Source: an uncultured bacterium
Lineage (GTDB): Bacteria > Margulisbacteria > WOR-1 > CAVSGV01
NCBI GenBank assembly: GCA_963699255.1
Contig: OY969425.1
Coordinates: 1,170,001 to 1,202,000, forward strand
DNA: 32,000 nucleotides
Reading direction: 5' to 3'
Part shown: one piece after another, positions 25,137-32,000 of the stretch
How the letters are laid out: each line of letters begins with the position of its first letter
Numbering within the stretch: position 1 is the stretch's first letter
Translations under genes and position numbers: made by a program
Notes under the pieces: generated by a model
The model's database searches: none
The model's input: the letters and a program-made list of their open reading frames with translations, nothing else
What the model was told of the DNA's origin: nothing

Positions 25137-28100
25137 ATGTCGAAGCCGAAATACTATATTTCAAATAATGATGAATTCATTATAGAGAACTATAATTTAT
25201 CTCCCACCTTTTCGAGCTTTTTCCCCGGGATCGCGGGCATATTCGGTATCCCCATGTGGGTCTTCTACGCGAACCGCGGGCAGTGCATCACGTCTTTCGG
25301 GTCCAGGACAAGGATGGATCGATAATGGAATTCCAGCCGGCGAATAAAGCTTATAAAAACGTGGCCCTCAACGGCTTTCGGACATTCCTGAAGATAGACG
25401 GCGTCTTTTACGAACCTTTCAGCGAAAGATGCCAGAACAACAGCAAGATGATAATCTCTCCTCATGACCTGACCATCGTCGAGGAGAACAGGGCATTGAA
25501 GATCAGGGTGGAAGTGAATTACTTCACCATGCCCGGAGAAAGATTCCCGGCGCTCGTGAGGACACTAAGGGTCGAGAATCTGGCGAACAAAAAACGAAAG
25601 GTAGAGGTCGTTGACGGCCTCCCCTCATTGATCCCATGCGGGTTCATGAACTCCCTATTAAAGAACATGAGCCAGACGATAGAAGCCTGGAGCCTGGTCG
25701 AAAACCTTGAGAACGACGCGCCCTTCGTAAGATTAAAAATAGTGCCGTCGGACGCTCCCGAAACGAGATTGTCCGAGAGGGGCAATTTCTACGCGTCTTT
25801 CATGGATCAGGACGGTAAAAGATCTTCACCCAGGATAATAATCAGGCGAAAAGAGATCTTCGGCGAGGTCTCCAGCCTTGAATACCCGGGAAATTTCATG
25901 GAAAAGAATTTCAGGATATCCACTATACAGATGAAAGAGAATTTCATCCCGTGCGCTTTCTCATTTAAAAGATTGGAGCTGCCGGGAAAGAAAGAATTCC
26001 GGCTCTTTTCAGTAATAGGGAATATCGACAGCCCCGAGGTCCTCAATAAAGCAAAACAGAGGATACTGAACAAAAAATACATCGAGGAAAAAGCGCGGGA
26101 AAACAGGAGCCTTATCGACGGGATAACTTCAAATATCTTGACGGTCAGCAGCTCAAAAAGTTTCGATCTGTACACGAAGCAGTCCTTTCTTGATAACGTC
26201 ATGCGCGGCGGCCTGCCTATAAGCATAGGGAACAAGCCTTTCTATGTTTATTACAGGAAACACGGCGACATGGAAAGGGATTACAACGACTTCAAACTCC
26301 TCCCTTCTTATTTCTCACAGGGCTCGGGCAACTACAGGGACATAAACCAGAACAGGAGGAACGACCTGTTCTTTAATCCTGTAGTCAACTCGAGCAATAT
26401 CCAGAGGTTTTATAACCTTATCCAGCTTGACGGCTTCAACCCTCTGGTAGTGCTCCCGAGCAAATATTTCATCGCGTCAAAAGATACCGCTGAAAAGATC
26501 GTCGCGAAACACGTTAAAAGCCGCGGCAAGGAAGTCTCCAGGATCATCTCTAAACCATTCCTGCTGGGCGTATTGCTGAATGACCTTGAAAGGTCGAGGT
26601 GCACGTACGCGTCATCGATAGAGGACTTCATTGAAGAACTTATCTCCAAAGCCGAGAAAGTTGAGGAAGCAAGCCACGGCGAGGGATACTGGACGGACCA
26701 CTTCTCCTATAACACCGACCTTCTCGAATCGTTCGAATGCATATACCCCGACAGGATCAGTGACCTTCTGTTAAATAAAAAAGAATTCACCTTCTTTGAC
26801 AGCGAATTCACCGTTCAGGAAAGAAAAAACAGGTATGTGATCCAGGGCAATAAAGTAAGGCAGTTCGGCAGCGTGAAGTCCGACCCCGAGAAGAAAGCCC
26901 TGATCAAATCGAGGTCCGCGAACAAGAACACCGTGAGAAAGGAAAATGGAAAAGGAGGCATCTACTTCACGACCCTTATAACCAAGCTCCTGTGCATCGC
27001 GGCGAACAAGGCCGCGTCATTCGATGCGGAAGGAATTGGCATAGAAATGGAGGCAGACAAACCCGACTGGTATGACGCGTTGAACGGACTGCCCGGATTG
27101 TTCGGGTCATCCATCTCCGAAACTTTCGAGCTAAAGAGGCTCTGCTCTTATGTTGTTGCTCATATAAAGCCTGATACCAGGGCATCGATCCCTGTCGAGC
27201 TTAAGGAATTCATTGATGATATCGCCGGATGCATGGATGAAAATGACAGTTTTAAATACTGGGACATGTCGAACTCACATAAAGAAAGCTACCGCAGGAA
27301 GACGCTGTTCGGGATAAGCGGTTCGGAATTGGAAGTGAGCGGAAGCTACATTGCCGATTTCTTGAACATGGTGATCGGCAGGTGCGATAAAGGGATTAAA
27401 AAGGCTCTTAATAATTACAAGAATTACTATACATATTATATGAACGAGGTTTCGGACTACGAGCTTGAGAACGGCAAGATAATAGTGAAAAAGTTCGACC
27501 AAAAGCCGCTGCCTCTTTTCCTTGAAGGATTTGTCCACGCGCTTAAAGTGGAAAAAGACCGTAAAATATACGGGCTCGTTAAGGACAGCCCTCTCTTCGA
27601 CAAGAAACTGAAAATGTACAAAGTGAATTCCCCTTTCAACGGCGTTCCGGTGGAGATCGGGCGCGCGAAGGTCTTCACCCCCGGATGGCTTGAGAACGAA
27701 TCCATATGGCTGCACATGGAATACAAATACATGCTCGAGCTTTTGAAGTCCGGCATGTACGAGGAATTTTTCGGCGATTTCAAGAACGTGCTTGTGCCTT
27801 TCATGAAGCCGGCTACATACAAGAGAAGCACGCTTGAAAATTCATCTTTCATCGCCAGCAGCGCTTACCCCGACAAGGACAGCCACGGAAGAGGATTTGT
27901 GGCCAGGCTGTCGGGCGCGACAGCGGAGTTCATCGACATGTGGCTCTGGATGACCACAGGCAAGAACATCTTTACCGTCGACAAGAACGGGAAACTGGTT
28001 TTCAAGCTATCTCCGATACTTCCGAAGTGGCTGTTTGATAAGGGAAAGTTCACCTTTAATCTTCTGGGGTCGACCGAGGTCATATATATTAACAGGACTG

Positions 28101-28255
28101 GAAAAGATACTTTTGGCGGCGGCGCCGCACCGGTTTCATACAAGCTTTTCCTTGATAATAAAGAGGTTGCTATCAATGGGCCTATAGTAGCCGAGCCGTA
28201 CTCGACCATGATCAGGAACAGGAAAGCAAAGAAAATAATTGTAACCCTGTCCTAA
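25137..28255 (+). CDS. Cellobiose-phosphorylase-like (GH94-related) protein, interrupted by one frameshift near 25299-25301
   Basis: N-terminal frame MSKPKYYISNNDEFIIENYNLSPTFSSFFPGIAGIFGIPMWVFYANRGQCITSFG continues in another frame as VQDKDGSIMEFQPANKAYKNVALNGFRTFLKIDG...; KPDWYDALNGLPGLFGSSISETFEL resembles the catalytic DWNDxLN region. Confidence 0.75.
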
Positions 28256-28283
28256 CTTTAAGGGCCCTCATCAACACAAAATA

Positions 28284-28348
28284 TCACTCTGAACGAAGTG
28301 AAGAGTCTGTATTAAAAACAGACTCTTCGTCCTTCGGACTCAGAGTGA
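28284..28348. repeat. Palindromic repeat TCACTCTGAACGAAGTGAAGAGTCTGT...ACAGACTCTTCGTCCTTCGGACTCAGAGTGA
   Basis: Left arm 28284-28310, 7-nt loop, right arm 28318-28348; reverse-complement arms with one indel region. Confidence 0.8.
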
Positions 28349-28402
28349 CAAATCAATTCCTCGTTGTCACAAAGTCCTAAAAGTAATATAATCCCCCCTG
28401 TT

Positions 28403-30482
28403 ATGCTCAAAATCGGCGTTACGTTCTATCCCGACCAGTGGCCAAAAGAATATTGGAACAAGGCATTTTCAGAGATCGCTTCTTCCGGATTCAAGATAGT
28501 CCGCTTTGGGGAAATGGCATGGAACTGGATGGAGCCCAAAGACGGCAAATTTAATTTCGCTGACATTGACGAAGCCATGGCCCTCGCCAATAAATACGGC
28601 CTTAAAGTTCTTCTGGGCATACCCACTTCACAGGCGCCGTCCTGGCTGATAAGCGAACACCCCGAGATCCGTCCTGTGGCTGACGACGGCACCCCTTATC
28701 CCGAATACGGCCCAAGGCCCAATTTGTGCAGGGATTCCGACGTATACAAAAGATATGCGAAAAGGCTCATCGAAAACCTTGTAAAAAGATATTCCGACCA
28801 CCCGGCGTTGTACATGTGGCAGCTGGACAATGAGCCCACCTATCCGCCGCTTGACTCGACAACGCAAAAAGATTTTTGCCACTGCAGAGCTACGGAGGCT
28901 GAATTCAGGAAGTGGGTAAAAAATGAATATGAGAACATAACAAGGCTGAATGAAAAATGGGGGACGAAATTCTGGACCGTTGAATTCTCATCCTTTGACG
29001 AAATAACCCCTCCCAGGTGCGGAATGTGGGACGCGGGAAACCCCCACATATTCCTTGACTGGTTCAGGTTCAAGAGCATTAGGCTGAAAGAATTTTTGTC
29101 ATGGGGAAGATCGATAATAAAGAACATCGACAGGGACCACAAGGTGGGGACGAACGGCTTCATAGGGATATGCTCAAGGGTCCCCGACCACAGCATCCTG
29201 GCATCCGAGATGGAATGGTACGGGCTGGATGTTTATCCGAAGGGGAACAGGGCTTCTGTCATGGACCTGGCAAGGATACTGGATCTCTGGAGGGGCTTCG
29301 TGAAAGGCAGGGACTGCGAATTCCATGTGACGGAACTCCAGGGAGGGCAGAACGTAAGGTGGGGCTATCCCGGATTCGTGAACGGAAAAGAAATAAAGCT
29401 CTGGACTCACCAGACTTTCGCCCACGGCGCAAAAACGGTCCTGTATCACGCGTGGAGGCCCCCTCTCTCCGGTTCGGAAACCGGAGGGTTCGGCATACTA
29501 AATTCGAACGGCGAGAGGTCGGAGCGGCTTGAAAAAATCGAAGAGTCAATCAGGGAGATCGACAAGATATCCTATATAGTGGATCAATGCGTACCTGAAC
29601 CGAAAGTGGCTATCGCGTACCTCCGCAGCAGCGAGGTTGAAACATACGAAGAACAGGGGCCAACAAGGGCCATATCAGGCCAGTGGATGGACGTAAGGAG
29701 TGACATAGGGCTTATGCACGGCCTTCTTTCGGTCACCGGCGCGCACAAAGCGCTGTGGAACTATCACAACCCCGCATCTTTCATATTCGAACAGGAGCTT
29801 GAGGCGGGAAAGACGCTTCCGTATCTTGCCATACTTCTGCCGAACCCATATGTATTGACGGAAAAATCGGCAAAACTTTTAAGGAAATTCATCTATGACG
29901 GCGGGATACTTATCACGGAAGCAAGGTTTGGATTGAAGAATGAGAACGGCCGGTTATATGAAAAACCACTTCTGGAAGGCCTGCTCGATGTTAAATACGA
30001 CCACACGGAAATCATCGACACTGAGATAAAGATACCCGGCGCTTAAGGCAAAAGCCGTCGGCTTCCGCGATGTAGTTGACGCTAACGGCAACAACGTGAT
30101 CGCAAGCTTCGACGACGGTCATCCGGCCGTGATCGAGAGCCGCATCGGCAAAGGCAAAGTAATATACGCAGCTTTCAGCCTGTTCCTTTCCATATTGAAC
30201 GACGAGAACAAGGAACTTATTAATTTGATAAGAAAACACGTCCCGGAGCCGGAGATAAAGATAACGAATTCAGACCAGGTTGAAATGACCGTCCTGAACG
30301 GCGATAAGACCGTTCTGTACATCATCAACCACTCGAATGCTGCACAGTCTCCCATTATCAAATTGCCCAGAAAATACAAAGGAGCCAAGGACATATTGAA
30401 CGGGGGCTCTCATACCGCATCGGAGGGCTCCATGTTCCTTGAACTGAAGAGCGCCGATGTAAAGGTGCTGGCTCTGGAATGA
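28403..30482 (+). CDS. Beta-galactosidase-like glycoside hydrolase (GH42 type), interrupted by one frameshift near 30041-30046
   Basis: VTFYPDQWPKEYWNKAFSEIASSGFKIVRFGEMAWNWMEPKDGKFNF, MWQLDNEPTYPP, HVTELQGGQN; first frame stops at 30046, and LKAKAVGFRDVVDANGNNVIASFDDGHPAVIESRIGKGKVIYAAF continues in the next frame to 30482. Confidence 0.82.
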
Positions 30483-30484
30483 AG

Positions 30485-30535
30485 AACCCGACACTAAAGT
30501 GTCGGTTAAATTAACCGCGACTTCAGTCGCGGGTT
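30485..30535. repeat. Double hairpin AACCCGACACTAAAGTGTCGGTTAAATTAACCGCGACTTCAGTCGCGGGTT
   Basis: CCGACAC-TAAA-GTGTCGG (30488-30505) and CCGCGACT-TC-AGTCGCGG (30515-30532), located 3 nt after the GH42 stop. Confidence 0.75.
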
Positions 30536-30559
30536 TCGAATTTAGAAAGGATGATAAAG

Positions 30560-32000
30560 TTGAAGTACGGTTATTTTGATAACAAGGAAAAAGAATATGT
30601 GATAACAAGGCCCGACACGCCGCTCCCGTGGATAAATTACCTGGGGTGCGAGGATTACTGCGCCCTGATGTCAAATACGGCGGGAGGCTACAGCTTTTAC
30701 AAGGACGCGAAAGAGCGCAGGCTCACCCGGTACAGGTACAACAATATCCCCATGGACAGGGGCGGAAGATACATATATATAATGGATAACAGCTCAAAGG
30801 ATTTCTGGTCCGCTTCCTGGCAGCCGGTCCTGAAAGATACCGCAAAATACAAATACGAATGCCGCCACGGCCTTGGCTACACGGTGATAACTTCTGTTTA
30901 TTCGGGCGTAAGAACAAAGACGACCTACTTTGTCCCTCTCGGTGAGAACCTGGAAGTCTGGATGATGGAGATAAAGAACGAAACAAAGAAAATAAGGAAC
31001 CTGACGGTCACCTCTTTCGTGGAATTCTGCCTCTGGGACGCTTTGAACGACATGACCGATTATCAGTACAATCTTAATATCGGGGAAACCGTCTACAAGG
31101 ATAATATCATTTATCATCTCTCGCGCTACAGGGTGGAGAAAAAATACTTCGCCTACCACACCTGCGCGAACGCGAAAGCGGACAGCTTTGACAGCGACAG
31201 GACCGCGTTCCTGGGCTCCTACGGGTCCCTCTCCTGCCCCGCCGCCGTAGAGCGCGGAAAGGGCTCGAATTCGATAGCAAGCGGATGGTCTCCCGTGGCA
31301 AGCCAGTTCATGAACATCAAACTAAAACCGGGAGAGACAAAAACGCTGATATTCCTCCTCGGCTACAGCGAGAAAAAGGACGACATCTCCCGAATCGTAA
31401 AGAAGTTCAAAACGGAAGCATCAGTATTGAATGAGCTTAAGGCGCTTAAAAAATACTGGGATGAGAACCTGAGCCATTTCTCCGCGGAAACGGAAGACCC
31501 TGACGTGAACTCTATGGTGAACATATGGAACCAGTACCAGGCAAGGACCACGTTCAACTGGTCAAGGTCCGCGTCCTATTACGAGTCCGGCATAGGCAGA
31601 GGCATGGGGTTCAGGGATTCGAACCAGGACACCCTGGGGTTCGTGCACCAGATACCCGAAAAGGTAAAGTCCAGGATAGTCGATCTCGCGAGCACGCAAT
31701 TTGATGAAGGCAACGCCCTCCACCAGTATTCGCCGTTGACAAAAAAAGCGATTAGCAATGAAAAGAATTACAGCGACGACCACCTCTGGCTGATCTTCTC
31801 GGTGGCGGGCTATGTCAAGGAGACCGGAGATACCGCGTTCCTGGACAGGCTGGTGCCGTACGCCTCCGGAAATGAAGCCTCGATGTACGATCATCTTGCC
31901 AAAGCCATCGACTATACGATGAAAAATCTCGGGCCGCACGATCTGCCGTTGATGTTCTTCGCGGACTGGAACGACTGCCTTAACCTGGGCGGTGTAAAGA
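30560..32000 (+). CDS. GH94 glycoside phosphorylase (cellobiose phosphorylase-like), 3' end outside window
   Basis: Uninterrupted frame missing from the ORF list because it runs off the window: KYGYFDNKEKEYVITRPDTPLPWINYLGCEDYCALMSNTAGGYSFYKDAKERRLTRYRYNN...GMGFRDSNQD...FADWNDCLNLGGVK. TTG 30560 or ATG 30551 start. Confidence 0.93.
   Translation, partial: MKYGYFDNKEKEYVITRPDTPLPWINYLGCEDYCALMSNTAGGYSFYKDAKERRLTRYRYNNIPMDRGGRYIYIMDNSSKDFWSASWQPVLKDTAKYKYECRHGLGYTVITSVYSGVRTKTTYFVPLGENLEVWMMEIKNETKKIRNLTVTSFVEFCLWDALNDMTDYQYNLNIGETVYKDNIIYHLSRYRVEKKYFAYHTCANAKADSFDSDRTAFLGSYGSLSCPAAVERGKGSNSIASGWSPVASQFMNIKLKPGETKTLIFLLGYSEKKDDISRIVKKFKTEASVLNELKALKKYWDENLSHFSAETEDPDVNSMVNIWNQYQARTTFNWSRSASYYESGIGRGMGFRDSNQDTLGFVHQIPEKVKSRIVDLASTQFDEGNALHQYSPLTKKAISNEKNYSDDHLWLIFSVAGYVKETGDTAFLDRLVPYASGNEASMYDHLAKAIDYTMKNLGPHDLPLMFFADWNDCLNLGGVK

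Noticed and set aside
25295-25305. Programmed ribosomal frameshift
   Set aside because: No classic slippery heptamer, stem-loop or stop arrangement was evident around TTCGGGTCC; a single-base sequencing error or mutation is simpler.
25137-25325. Separate 62-aa small protein
   Set aside because: It is the N-terminus of the downstream cellobiose-phosphorylase-like gene, out of frame by one base.
30096-30482. Separate 128-aa protein
   Set aside because: In-frame translation extends upstream to the GH42 stop and completes the C-terminal domain of that enzyme.
30723-31939. Several minus-strand ORFs at the right edge (30723-30986, 30794-31159, 31562-31939)
   Set aside because: All are antisense to an uninterrupted GH94 phosphorylase frame that the ORF list omitted because it has no stop in the window.

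Overview
Gene-dense 32 kb bacterial chromosomal window, probably from an uncultured lineage (an Omnitrophota-like origin is only a guess). No tRNA, rRNA, CRISPR array, transposase or prophage gene was recognised. The left part holds central-carbon and cofactor genes: 2-oxoacid:ferredoxin oxidoreductase alpha/beta plus ferredoxin, a radical SAM protein, lpdA, lipA, a DapL-type aminotransferase, pdxA, rsmA, mdh and two-subunit class I fumarase. The middle holds an unusual truncated family-5 solute-binding protein, a DUF4911-like protein, a YqeG-like HAD phosphatase, ruvA, ruvC, an NHL protein, an AI-2E/PerM-family protein, ApgM-type phosphoglycerate mutase, 3-methyladenine glycosylase, CvpA, purE and a homocitrate/Re-citrate synthase-like enzyme. 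The right part is a carbohydrate region: sugar ABC permease and binding protein, glmS, a cellobiose-phosphorylase-like protein, a GH42-like enzyme and a GH94 phosphorylase running off the edge. The most interesting non-ordinary signals are: (1) several families of phrase-like imperfect palindromes at gene boundaries, one of which encodes the signal peptide of a secreted protein, others of which supply start or stop codons, and two of which are nested; (2) an Ada-like H-x3-C-x26-C-x2-C putative metal-binding module embedded in the truncated solute-binding protein; (3) two frameshifts in adjacent carbohydrate genes; (4) two convergent gene pairs with 17-nt 3' overlaps.
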